This document shows, in pieces, positions 34,777 through 47,639 of a stretch of DNA of 64,000 nt (its first letter is position 1; each line of letters begins with the position of its first letter). The translations under genes and the position numbers were made by a program. The notes under the pieces were generated by a model, which saw only the letters and a list, made by a program, of their open reading frames with translations, was not told the origin of the DNA and did not search any database. Source of the stretch: Eledone cirrhosa (lineage: Eukaryota); NCBI GenBank assembly GCA_964016885.1, contig OZ024750.1, positions 4,836,001 through 4,900,000 of the forward strand, given 5' to 3'.

Positions 34777-36442
34777 CGTATATATATATACATATATATA
34801 TACATATATATATACATATACACACATATATATATATACATATATATATATACATATATACATACATATATACATACATATATACACATATATATATATA
34901 TACATATATACACATATATATATACATATATACACATATATATATATACATATATACACATATATATATACATATATACACATATATATATACATATATA
35001 CACATATATATATATATACATATATACACATATATATATATACATATATACACATATATATATATATACATATATACACATATATATATATACATATATA
35101 CACATATATATATATACATATATACACATATATATATATACATATATACACATATATATATATACATATATACACATATATATATATACATATATACACA
35201 TATATATATATATACATATATACACATATATATATATATACATATATACACACACATATATATATACATATATACACATATATATATACACATATATATA
35301 TATACATATATATAGATATATATATACATATATACACACATATATATATATATATATACATATATACACACATATATATATACATATATACACATATATA
35401 TATATACATATACGCACATATATATATATACACACATATATATATATACACACATATATATATATATACACACATATATATATATACACACACATATATA
35501 TATATACATATACACATATATATATATACATATACACACATATATATATATATACATATACACACATATATATATATATATACATATACACACATATATA
35601 TATATATACATATACATACATATACACACATATATATATATATACATATACACATATATATATATATACATATACACACATATACATATACATACATATA
35701 CACACATATATATATATACATATACACACATATATATATATACATATACACACATATATATATATACATATACACACATATATATATATATATATACATA
35801 TACACACATATATATATATATACATATACACATATATATATATACATATACACACATATATATATATATACATATACACACATATATATATATACATATA
35901 CACATATATATATATATACATATACACATATATATATATACATATACACACATATATATATATACATATACACACACATATATATATATACATATACACA
36001 CACATATATATATATACATATACACACATATATATATATACATATACACACATATATATATATATATACACACATATATATATATACACACACACATATA
36101 TATATATACACATATATATATACACATATATATATATATACATATATATATACACACATATATATACACATATATATATATACACATATATATATATACA
36201 CATATATATACATATACATATGTAGTATATATACATATATATATATATACATATATATACATATATACATATATATACATATATATATATATATACATAC
36301 ATACATATATATACATATACATACATATATACATACATATATACATATACATATACATACACATATATACACACATATATATATATACACATATATACAT
36401 ACATATATATACACATATATATATACACATATATATATACAC

Positions 36443-36473
<31 letters not shown>

Positions 36474-36482
36474 CATATATAC

Positions 36483-36545
<63 letters not shown>

Positions 36546-37009
36546 CATATATACATATATATATATATACATATATATACATATATATACATATACATAT
36601 ATATATACATATACACATTTATATATACATTTATAAATATATATGTATATATATACATTTATAAATATATATGTATATATATATACATTTATATATATAT
36701 ATACACATATATATATATATGTATATATATATATGTGTATATATATACACATATATATATGTGTATATATATACACATATATATGTGTATATATATACAC
36801 ATATATATATGTATATACATATACACATATATATATGTATATACATATACACATATATATATGTATATACATAACCATAAATAGTATCCTTAATACTATA
36901 TATATATATACATATACATATATATCTATATATACAAATACATATATCTATATACATATACATATATATATATATATATACATATATACATATATATATA
37001 CATATATAC

Positions 37010-37044
<35 letters not shown>

Positions 37045-37592
37045 CATGTATATGTATACAGCACTCACAGTAAATGAGGTTGGTGTATATATAAGGTTGG
37101 TGTATATATACATATACATGTGTAAATACATATACATGTGTATATACATATACATGTGTATATACATATACGTGTATATATATATATACATGTGTATATA
37201 TATATATATATACACATATATTCACACACACACACGCATTAAATTAGTTGTTTTATCGCTCGAATTCCTATTCGTAAAAATTAACGTTTCATTAGTAAGT
37301 GTCTGCGCATTCCAGAGAGTTGCGGTAGACATAATGGCAGAAGTGTCTACAGAAGCTGATCCCAAGTGACAAAGGCTGACAAAGAGTGAAGGAAGAAATG
37401 GAAGGTATTTCCTGATCTCGACAAAAGATGGCGAAGTTGACCTCAGAACGGCCGACAACAAATACTGCAAAATATTCCTTTCAACGCTTCACCGATATTG
37501 CCATTTCATCTCTACACACACTATATAGATGTATGTATATATATACACACCCTCACTATATATCTATATATACACACACACCATGGTAGGAG

Positions 37593-37625
<33 letters not shown>

Positions 37626-37659
37626 TTATACACACACCCTCACTATATATCTATATATT

Positions 37660-37691
<32 letters not shown>

Positions 37692-37954
37692 CATACATAT
37701 ATACACACCCTCACTATATATCCATATATTCACACACACACATATATATATATATACATACATACATACACACCCTCACTATATATCTATATACACACAC
37801 ACACACACCATGGTAGGAGCACACAAGACATATATATATATATATATATATACACACACCCTCACTATATATATATATACACACACCCTCACTATATACA
37901 TATATATATATATACACACCCTCACTATATATATATATATATATACACCCTCAC

Positions 37955-37987
<33 letters not shown>

Positions 37988-38100
37988 CCTCACTATATAT
38001 ATATATATATACACACCCTCACTATATATATATATATATACACACCCTCACTATATATCTATATATTCACACACCATGGTAGGAGCACACAAGACATATA

Positions 38101-38141
<41 letters not shown>

Positions 38142-38356
38142 CAAAGGAATTGTGGTAAGGAACCAGATGGACCATAACGCACCAGAGTACTCAATACTTA
38201 GGGTAGTAGAGTGGGTAATAGGAACCGGTAAGACCCCGACGGCAGAGCTCAAGCCGTTTCGACAGCTATTTCTAAATAGCCGTCGAAACGGCTTGAGCTC
38301 TGCCGCCGGCGTCATACTTTTTCCTATATATATACACCCTCACTATATATCTATAT

Positions 38357-38388
<32 letters not shown>

Positions 38389-39313
38389 TTACACCCTCAC
38401 ATATATATATATACACACTCTCCCTATATATCTATATACACTCACACACCATGGTAGGAGCACACAAGACATATATTTACACCCTCACTATATATCTATT
38501 TAGACACTCACTATATATCAATATACACACATATATATATATATTTACACCCTCACTATATATTTATATACACACACATATATATATATATATATTTACA
38601 CCCTCACTATATATCTATATACACACACACACACATATATATATATATATTTACACCCCTCACTATATATCTATATACACATATATATATATATATATAT
38701 ATATTTACACCCTCACTATATATCTATACACACACACACACATATATATATATATATTTACACCCCTCACTATATATCTATATACACACATATATATATA
38801 TATATTTACACCCTCACTATATATCTATACACACACACACATATATATATTTACACCCCCACTATATATCTATATATATATAGTAGAAACAAAAGGTGTT
38901 ACTCTGAGACACCAGACAATAAAATAAAACCGATCTATTTTGCTTTAATGAATTCTTTTATTGTACGATCTTTTTTTTTTTTTTAAATTAAAGCAACTTA
39001 TGATCTATAAATATATGTACATACACACAAATGCATATATATATATATATATACGCATTCAATATGGTCTGAGCTTGTGCAATATATATATATATGTGTG
39101 TGCATACACATATATATATATATATGTGTGTGTGTGTGCATACACATATATATATATATATATGCACACGTTACAAATAGTTTCTATATACTAGACACAC
39201 CGTATATATATATATATATATATATTAACTCTGGAGAACCTTTTTCAGTTGAATGCTTCCAATCTATTGTAAAACTCATTCTTTGATGTATTCATTGAAC
39301 CTTCTTTAACTTT

Positions 39314-39353
<40 letters not shown>

Positions 39354-39407
39354 ATCTTGCTATATATTATTTGCCATACCGTATATATATATATATATAC
39401 GTGTGTG

Positions 39408-39438
<31 letters not shown>

Positions 39439-40256
39439 GATCTTCCTATATATTATTTGTCACACCATATATATATATATATATATACACACACACGATC
39501 TTCCGATATATTATTTGCCACACCGTATATATATATATATATACACACAGTGTATGTATGTATATATATATACATACACACACGATCTTCCGATATATTA
39601 TTCAATTCCTAATTTCCCTGACGTAAATTAGACCTGAATTCAAAAATGGTTGAATGCGATCCTTTTTATTATTTCAGTATAGACCGAAGAAGGGGGGAGA
39701 TGTTAAGACTGAAATAAAGAATCTAGCTGGGGAAGTATATAAATGTCTGTTATAGAGTCACTGGCCATTATGTCTGCTAATTAGCCAAGAAAATATGGCC
39801 AAACGTCTGGATTCATTAACGGACACATTTCAAATGCTATATTAAAGACAAAATATATATACATATATACTTAGATTATATAGAAACACAGGCGTATATA
39901 AAGCTTGGTGATTATAAAGAAATTTGTCGAATTTATTTTGAAAAATAAAATAATGTAGTAAAATGAATTCCTTTTAGAAGAGAAACGAATGTGAATCTGA
40001 CGGTTCCCCCTCCTCTTTATTTTATTTCTTGCCCGACATGTTGAAGGAGAGAAGATTGCCAAGATTTATAATAAAGGAATTAAGAGGACATGTTTAAATA
40101 TATATAAGAGAGAACATACGTAATACATACCGTTAAAATGTTTCAAACTTTCTTTTTATTTAAAAAAAAAAGATTTCAACGAAATAAATAACTGCAAAGA
40201 TGATTGATTTATGTTAAAATTAAAGGCAAAGTCTAAAAACTGTCGGTTTTGTTGTT

Positions 40257-40298
<42 letters not shown>

Positions 40299-40502
40299 CA
40301 AGATGGGGGAAACTAACTTACCTTGCGTTAGTTTGGGTAAAACATCATCAAAAGGAGATGGTTCAGTCTGTTGAGGTCTAGTTGGAGGAGTTGATGGAGA
40401 AAGTGTCATTGGCATACATCTTCGACGTTTTGGAGTACTTTGTGAAGGACTATGAAGTGGATCAAATTCTAAACTCCTTTTTAGAGTAGCACCACAGGCC
40501 AT
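26774..40502 (-). CDS. AKIRIN2: Akirin (Akirin-2-like nuclear cofactor and proteasome import adaptor), 4 coding exons, 176 aa
   Basis: Exons 40502-40322, 28254-27988, 27084-27013, 26784-26774 (531 nt, all phase-1 GT-AG introns). N-terminus [19 protein letters not shown]...PKRRRC; C-terminal domain [20 protein letters not shown]...[13 protein letters not shown]...SYIS stop. Confidence 0.95.
27013..27084 (-). CDS. AKIRIN2: Akirin exon 3
   Basis: ttcag|[24 protein letters not shown]|gtaagt. Confidence 0.93.
27988..28254 (-). CDS. AKIRIN2: Akirin exon 2
   Basis: ttcag|[20 protein letters not shown]...LSDKLA|gtaaag. Confidence 0.93.
28665..28880 (+). mobile_element. RTE LINE 3' fragment
   Basis: [10 protein letters not shown]...[16 protein letters not shown] followed by the acccatgc...gtggaaaa tail; related 3' fragments near 8090-8335, 17965-18215 and 18975-19225. 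Confidence 0.75.
32360..32710. mobile_element. Inverted-repeat element carrying hammerhead motifs (probable Penelope-like pseudo-LTR remnant) inside a microsatellite
   Basis: Arms 32360-32464 and 32589-32710 are reverse complements apart from two short indels; spacer holds a second hairpin (32548-32585). Confidence 0.6.
32603..32657 (+). ncRNA. Type I hammerhead ribozyme motif
   Basis: actgc-CTGAAGA-ggtcacagcc(aaagat)ggctgtcact-GAAA-tatata-TA-gcagt then AATAAA; 5-bp stem I, stem II 9 of 10 pairs, minimal palindromic stem III. Confidence 0.8.
37540..38880. repeat. Compound minisatellite (cacaccctcactatatatctatata units, with ccatggtaggagcacac interspersed)
   Basis: Many accctcactata motifs separated by variable TA/CA runs. 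Confidence 0.9.
38141..38316 (+). mobile_element. TA-microsatellite-inserted short element with terminal palindrome (family also at 7621-7724 and 50456-50568)
   Basis: Shared core gtggtaag...gaccataacgcacca-ag-a-tcaat in three copies, each adjoining (TA)n. Confidence 0.65.
40322..40502 (-). CDS. AKIRIN2: Akirin exon 1
   Basis: ATG at 40502 (the ORF-track start at 40511 is a TTG); MACGATLKR...KLTQ|gtaagt. Confidence 0.93.
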
Positions 40503-41520
40503 CTTGCCCAAATAAAAAGTCTAACGATATTTATTCGGCGACCTATTAATAGTGAATCCCTTTCTTAGATATTCCTGAAAATATCGATAAGAGAAAGATT
40601 CAGACTAATAACGTGCACAACTGACAAAAATGACACGATTCCTCAATCATATAAAATAGGATGCTGTTGGATAAAACAAAGAAATTCATCAACAGCCAAA
40701 CAACGAATATTTTAAATGGCGATAGTACGAAAGCGATTATCAGTTATGTACCAGTTTAGAATTGATGTAAATTTACATTTTTCACATGTCTTCTTTCGGT
40801 TATTAATTTTTTCTTTAACAAAACAGTTATATAATTTGAAATATAAACTCGAAGAATTAGAAACAATGTTTAAATGCCCGTGAAATGAGTGTCATACGAA
40901 ACTACGACTGTTGTGATTTACTCTGCGTTCTTGTGTAAACGACAATTCTAAGCATGGAGCTAACCTTTCTTATTTACACACATTAGTAATATTATTATAC
41001 ATCTATCATCTCTTTACAATTCTTTCCTAATCTTTAAAACGCATCCAATAAAGTTTTATAAAGCAATAATCAAACATTATGAGTCTATTATTGATCATAT
41101 AAAAATATCTAAATAAATAAAAAATTGTTATTTTACTTTGTAAAGTAAGAAATATAGAGATTTAAAAAAAAAATCTCCCAAATCTCTTTGTGTTTGAAAT
41201 AAGACGAAAATGTTTTGTCGGTCAGCGGCCACAAAGAGAGATTATTATCTCATTTATTGTACTTCATTTATAACCACACTTTCTTCGGTTTTAACTTATT
41301 AAAAGCTTAATTTTATAATCGTTTGACAATTTCGGTCATTTTATTCCAACTAAACAACAAATTATTAGTTCTGTGTTGTTTGTTTACATTTAAAATTCTA
41401 AAATAGCTGACCGTTATATATATATATATATATTATGAGCATGTATATATATATATATATATATATAAATGAAAAGTATAGAAATTATTGTGAGCGTGAA
41501 GCCAACAGTATTTCATAATA

Positions 41521-41552
<32 letters not shown>

Positions 41553-41602
41553 ATAATATTACAAATTTATAATTCTTATTGTGTAACAAAAAAACTATAT
41601 TA

Positions 41603-41686
<84 letters not shown>

Positions 41687-42307
41687 TCTAATATATATAA
41701 TAAATATATAAAATATTTATAATAAATATATTTATTATATATAATTTATATATATATTGTGTGTGTGTTTATACAATACTTACATACATACATACTTACA
41801 TACATATATACATACATATATACATACATACATATAATGGCTTACTGACAGTATTTTTCTTACGATTGCTGTTTATTATCTAGACCCAAATTTAATAAGG
41901 CATTATCTTGGGGATTTTCCAATAATAGGACGAAAATAAGGAATATGTCTTGAATGTAGGAAACAATTCAAACTAAATTTGGGAAACGCCTTTTCCTTTC
42001 TTAAACCTCTAACCGTTTGTTTTTTTTTTCTTTGTAAATAATGAATGGCCAGCTGAGTTTCCTACGAGTTATTTTTTAATATCGTGGCTTACATGTTAGG
42101 TTCTCTGTATATATAGTGGTTACGATAGAAAGTCACTATATGTTTTTTTAAACCAAGAACGACGTCTTCAATTCATATATTTGCCTTATTTTGTAGTTAG
42201 TTCTACCTCTCTTGAACCTTGGAAGTAAAAATGAATCTCAATTGGAACCACACACACGCGCATATATATATATATATATATAAAATATATATTAAATATA
42301 GAAATGG

Positions 42308-42354
42308 TTTCTACAGGACTAGAACTGTTTCATTCAGGAGAAATCATCAGGAAA
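42308..42354 (-). ncRNA. Type I hammerhead ribozyme motif, compact family
   Basis: Minus strand: tttc-CTGATGA-tttc(tcct)gaat-GAAA-cag(ttctagtc)ctg-TA-gaaa; first stem II position is U-U. Confidence 0.62.
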
Positions 42355-42457
42355 GCTGATTGAGTACCTTACTTACTGTGGTTACCCCCGATTGAACCCG
42401 GGATATATATATATATACGATATTAACAAATGGAAACTATATTTATAAAACCATATT

Positions 42458-42522
42458 TATTTCATTATACATATTTCAAGGACACCAAGTTAAATTATGG
42501 TGTGCTTTCATCAGATAAAATA
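42458..42522 (-). ncRNA. Type I hammerhead ribozyme motif (left arm of inverted repeat)
   Basis: Reverse complement of 42634-42698 with one change that turns a stem II G-U into G-C. Confidence 0.78.
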
Positions 42523-42633
42523 TAATATAGAGCAGTTTTATAAATAAATATTGACTATCCGGGAGCTTCCAACAGTAATGGTTGCATTCTTTAAGGGTAT
42601 GTCAATATTTATTTATAAAACTGCTCTATATTA

Positions 42634-42698
42634 TATTTTATCTGATGAAAGCACACCATAATTTAACTTGGTGTCTTTGAAATATGTATAATGAAATA
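42634..42698 (+). ncRNA. Type I hammerhead ribozyme motif (right arm of 139-bp inverted repeat)
   Basis: tattttat-CTGATGA-aagcacacca(10-nt loop)tggtgtcttt-GAAA-tatgta-TA-atgaaata with overlapping AATAAA. Confidence 0.78.
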
Positions 42699-42823
42699 AA
42701 TATGGTTTTATAAATATAGTTTCCATTTGTTAATATCGTTTTTACTCCAATTATTTGTTGAGTGCTTTATATCAGTTATAAAAATATTTGCTTGTTGTAT
42801 CCCAACAATTTAAATAGAACTTT

Positions 42824-42854
<31 letters not shown>

Positions 42855-43429
42855 CTGTATGACTGTGATAAACAGGTGAAACCCCAGAGTAACAAGATCC
42901 ACAATTTAGCCTTAACAATAATAATGGTTTCTGATTTAGGCAGAGGGCCAGTAATTTTTTTTTTTGGGGGGGGGGGGGGGTCGATTAAATCCACCCAGTA
43001 CATTACTGGTACTTTATTTTATCAACCCCGTAAGGATGAAAGGCAAAGCTAACCTCGGCGGGATTTGAACTCAGAACGTAAAGGGTCGTGCAATTATAAT
43101 AATAGAAATAACATACATATATCATCATTATCATCATCATTTAGCGTCCGCGTGCCCTGCTAGCATGGGTTGGACGGATTGTCACCACCCGAATCAGTAC
43201 TCAAGTGGAGCTACAATACTTTCAAATATGTTGGTGGCTTGCATCTCACACAAAGTTACTAAGTTTTACCGAGTGTATTTTATAGTGGGACCCACACTAG
43301 AAGGTTTTCATCTTTTTGACCCAGGTGAAGAGTCCTCTCACCCTTTGTTTGGCAGCTTTTCTACAGCTGGATGGCCTTCCTATCATCAACCAATTTACAG
43401 AATGTACTGGGTGCATTAATCATGTAGAT

Positions 43430-43639
43430 CAGGCATGTCAAACTGAGGGCCACATGTCAAACTGAGGGCCACATGAGTCATTTATGTCTTGTCTGAGTGT
43501 CACACATGACAACTAATTGTGCACATTACAACTAATTTTTTTATATTTTATATTATGAAGATAAAACATGCTCACGCTGTAAAAACCTTTGAGCCAGCTG
43601 CAGGTGTACTTGTAAAGGGCCGTGTGTTTGACATGCCTG
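43430..43639. mobile_element. hAT (Charlie-like) MITE
   Basis: 14-bp TIR caggcatgtcaaac/gtttgacatgcctg with perfect 8-bp TSD atgtagat (43422-43429 and 43640-43647). Confidence 0.9.
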
Positions 43640-43849
43640 ATGTAGATCACCAACTCTAAGAAGGTTGTCATGTTTTTGATACAATTAAAGAATCATCCTA
43701 GTCCTTGGCAAGTTTCATATGGGTGGATGGTCTTCCTATTACCAGCCACCTTACAGAATGTATCACCAACATTAGAGAGGTTGTTGTGCTTTTGACACAA
43801 CTGGAGAGTTCACTTGATCTTTTTTGGTTTCTACAGCCTGATGCCCTTC

Positions 43850-45600
43850 CTATCACCAGCCACCTTACACTCTTCTCTCTTACTCACTACATCCAATTCC
43901 AACTTTTTTCTCTCAGCTCCCTTGAGCAACATCATCATACACATTAGCTTTACTAATCCATCAGAGCCCATGTCTCACTGCCATGTAACATTGCAGTTCA
44001 CACACAGACATCATATCGACTAGCCTTCACTCTGAGAGAGAAGCCCTTTGTTGTCAGCTGGGTTAATAACTCTCTAAATATCTCCCAACCTGTTCTACCA
44101 CAGCACTTTCTGAGCATGCACCACCATTGCTGATTAGGTCACCTAGGTATCAAAAGTTTTCAACAACGTCTAGGAGCCTCACTGGTAATTTGAAGGAATC
44201 TATTTCATGTGTGCTTACTTCTGAATATAAAATATATCTTCATTAGCCTGCCTGCATTACACTATGCACCTTATGGAGTTTCTACCCACCCTTTTTCAGT
44301 ACACCAAACAAGATCATTTTCCTGATGGTAACAGCATCCTGTCTGCTTTCCTACTTATTATGACTTTTGTGTTTGATAAGTTTACTTTTTGGCCTCTCAA
44401 TTCTAGGGTTTTCTTCCATGTTTGGAATTTTGCTTCTATCTCTCTCACATACCCAGCTATAAGCATACAGTAGTTCCCATGGCAAGTTTAGACTCCTCCT
44501 GGCCCGAAAGACAATAAAAAACAGAACACAACTGATGATTAAGCCCTGCTATACCCCCTCCCCCTGCACTGCAAATTCATTTTGTGTATTGATTGCAAAT
44601 CTCACCTTGTTGGTTGCACCTCCATACATACCTTTAACAGCCCTCACAAACCATTTGTTTATGCCTAGCTTCCTTAGTGCTCATCAGTTCTGTTGAGGGC
44701 TTTTTCCAGATCTTCAAATGCCAAGTACAGATACTTACTCTTGGCTAAATACTTCTCTCTGCAGTTGTTTCACAAGGAAAAAGGCATTGATAGTATTCTT
44801 ACCTGGCATAAAACCAAATTTTATTGCATCTAGCTTGATACTGTCTCTAACTAGTTGTGCTATAACCCTTGATATAACCTTCATGCCCTGGTTCATTAAC
44901 TTAATGTTACCTCTCTTTAGTGCATCTCCTTTGCCCTTACAACATTGCTGCCTCACCAGTCATCAGGTGTTACACCATCTTACATTACTTGAGAAACAGT
45001 GTCCCAGTCTAGCTCATAACCTGCCATGCCTCATGTTTTTATCTCAGCAATTATGTCTGATGGTCTGGCTACCTTCATATCTTTTGTTGCTCTATCACAC
45101 TTCTATCAACTTTTATGGCCGGTCCTTCAGTAGGGTCCTCACACTACCATTTATTCTCTTTGTTCAATAACCTCTTATAATAGGACTTCTATGTCTTTTT
45201 CTTTTTGGCCTCAGTAAAGCAAGTGCTTCACTCTCAAAACAATGTACAAGTATATTAAATTGTCTTTAATTTTTTTGTGTGTACGACTTATGGTCCATCC
45301 TGTATCATAGTTCCCTATCTCCTCTTTCTTACTATTGTAGGTGTTAAGTAAAATATCCTTGAATCTGTTGCAAGCTGAATGTTCACTCCGTTTTCATGTC
45401 TTCCATCTCCAGATTGGTTTTTATCTCTGAATCTGTCTAGCCCTTATTTTAAGGTCACTGACAACTGATTTATGTTGAGAAGTACATTCTTCAATGAGGA
45501 GGGACTTGGTATTTATAACCATTCGCTCGACTTATTTCCTAGTGAGGATATAATCCATTTATCTTCTGTTATTTCCTAATTGGCAGGTGATCAGATGCAG
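43850..45600 (-). mobile_element. Degenerate RTE-clade LINE fragment
   Basis: ORF 44735-44956: KGKGDA...IKLMNQGMKVISRVI...KFGFMPGKNTINAFFLVKQLQ (early RT domains); boundaries approximate. Confidence 0.8.
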
Positions 45601-47214
45601 TGCTGGACTTACCTATGAGGTAAATAAGCTATAGCTTAGGACCACACACACTTAGGGACCTCATTTAAAAAATATATTTTCATTTATTATTAGTTTTTAT
45701 TCTCTTACCTCTTTCTATTCAAACCAGCCATAATGGCGACTCACTGATGTTAAGGTATTGTTCTCAAAATCTCATAGATTCAATATAATGTGAAGTAAAG
45801 CCTTTACTACAAAAATATAGAGTAATCATCATCATCATCATCGTTTAACGTCCAGCTTCCATGCTAGCATGGGTTAGACGGTTTTGTTCCATTTGATGCG
45901 GGATTGGTCGGGAGACCATGTCTTGCTTGTGTAAATGTTAAAGGGTTAATACTAAATCATAAAAAATTTTGATGAATGAAGATGGAGTTTCCTTTAATAC
46001 TTTTGAATGTGCATGCTCTGCTTATTCAATAAATTCATCACTAACTTGTTCCATGCTTAAACCTCTATCTTCTCTTAACTCCTATTTGCATGATATAAAC
46101 ATGGAGCTACCCCTTCTGTGAGAAGCTGACAAGTACACTCTATAAGTCTATCTCTCTACTCTCCTTTCAGAATTGATTTAATAGTTCTATATTTGATATA
46201 TATCATCATCATTTTACATCCGCTTTTCCCTGCTTGCAAGGGTGGAACGGGTCTTGTTCAGCACAGCATCTCCCCATTTGTCATGGTCCTTCCTTTTATC
46301 ATTGACATTAATATATAAATATATAAAATGATAATCATGTATAAATACTTAACATTTTTTTACCCAATTTTTCTTTTAAAGAAGGGCTTCAAATTTCATA
46401 TAGGTAAATGTCTGGCCCTGAAATTCATTTTACAGATGGTTAGATCTGGGAGATACAGATTTTGCTTCTTTGTAGCAGCTGCTGCCTCATCATTTCTCCG
46501 TCTCTAAGGGTTTTTACCTGATTTTTATAATCCACTTTATAGCAACTGACTGTAATTGTGTAGTTGTAGTTATTTTCTGTCTGAACATCCTACATCTTAT
46601 ATATAAATGCTTGATTTCATATTGCTTTTCATGTTAGGACTGGGGTGCTTGTCATTAAACCAGCCATGAAACCTCCTATAGGAGGCCAGCTAAACCTACA
46701 TAGTGTGAGCTGTAACAATATAATAGGACTAGGACTTCTATCATTAAAAGACCCAAGCAATCTCCCATCAAATATAACCTCATAGGAGGCCAGCTAAACC
46801 TATGTAGGTGAGAGCTGTAACAATACAATGACTGGGACTGCTATCATTAAGAAATCCAAGCAACCTCCTATCAGATATAACCTTATAGGAAGTTTACTAA
46901 ATCTATGTAGGTGAGAGCTGTAAATAAAAAGAAAATGTTTTCATACCAAACCACTAGAAACCATTGCTAGTTTTATGCTGTTAATTACATGGATAATAAA
47001 CTTAATCATCATCTGATATACCATCCCCATCTGGCTCTAGGATGTCTTTAGAAGACTCCATTGCTCTGTATTTGGATCAGTTCTCCTATTTGAGGATATC
47101 ATCCTCCCATCAGAGGCCCTGAATAGGATTATTGATACTGCCATTCCCTCACTCCCAATAATGACAAAAATAAAATAAATCAATGGCAAGACTATGAAAG
47201 TGATAAGTATTGAT

Positions 47215-47432
47215 TCGGTTAACATCTGGACATCTGTTACTGTGGAGTATGTTGTATTGGTTGACATTGACATCTGTTATCGTGGAGTATGTTGTATTGA
47301 TTAACTGCTCGACATCTGGAGTATGATGTATTGGTTAACATCTGACATCTGTTATCGTGGAGTATGTTGTATTAACCCTTTGACATCTGGAGTATGATGT
47401 ATGGGTTAACATCTTAACATCTGTTACTGTGT
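47215..47432. repeat. Degenerate short tandem repeat
   Basis: gacatctgtta...tggagtatgttgtattggttaacatct units. Confidence 0.8.
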
Positions 47433-47639
47433 TATGAACCCTGTATTGTCTGTATTAGATCTCTTCAGAGAAGCATATTCAGTTAGTAAGTTGGTTAGAC
47501 TAACTAGATATAGATCCAACCCATTCCAGCATCATGATGATGATGATGAAAGTGGAAAAAATATAATGTACCTAATATGTAGGTCAAGAAAAGTATAAAG
47601 GAATGGGAGTTTTCTCCCTTGCTTCCTTCTCATTAACTG

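Larger units (their letters stand above)
29236..37235. repeat. About 8 kb compound (TA)/(CATA)/(CA) microsatellite in Akirin intron 1
   Basis: Near-continuous alternating purine-pyrimidine tract interrupted at 30661-30751 and 32266-32710. Confidence 0.98.
42417..42739. mobile_element. 139-bp inverted repeat with hammerhead motifs (probable Penelope-like pseudo-LTR remnant)
   Basis: Arms 42417-42555 and 42601-42739, one mismatch seen, 45-nt spacer; starts directly after a TA run. Confidence 0.62.

Noticed and set aside
29174-37231. Very long Y/I/H/M/C/V ORFs (up to 1390 aa)
   Set aside because: Translations of stop-free TA/CA microsatellite with no protein signal
40503-40511. ORF-track extension MGK before the Akirin start
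   Set aside because: Begins at TTG; the conserved start is MACGATLKR at 40502
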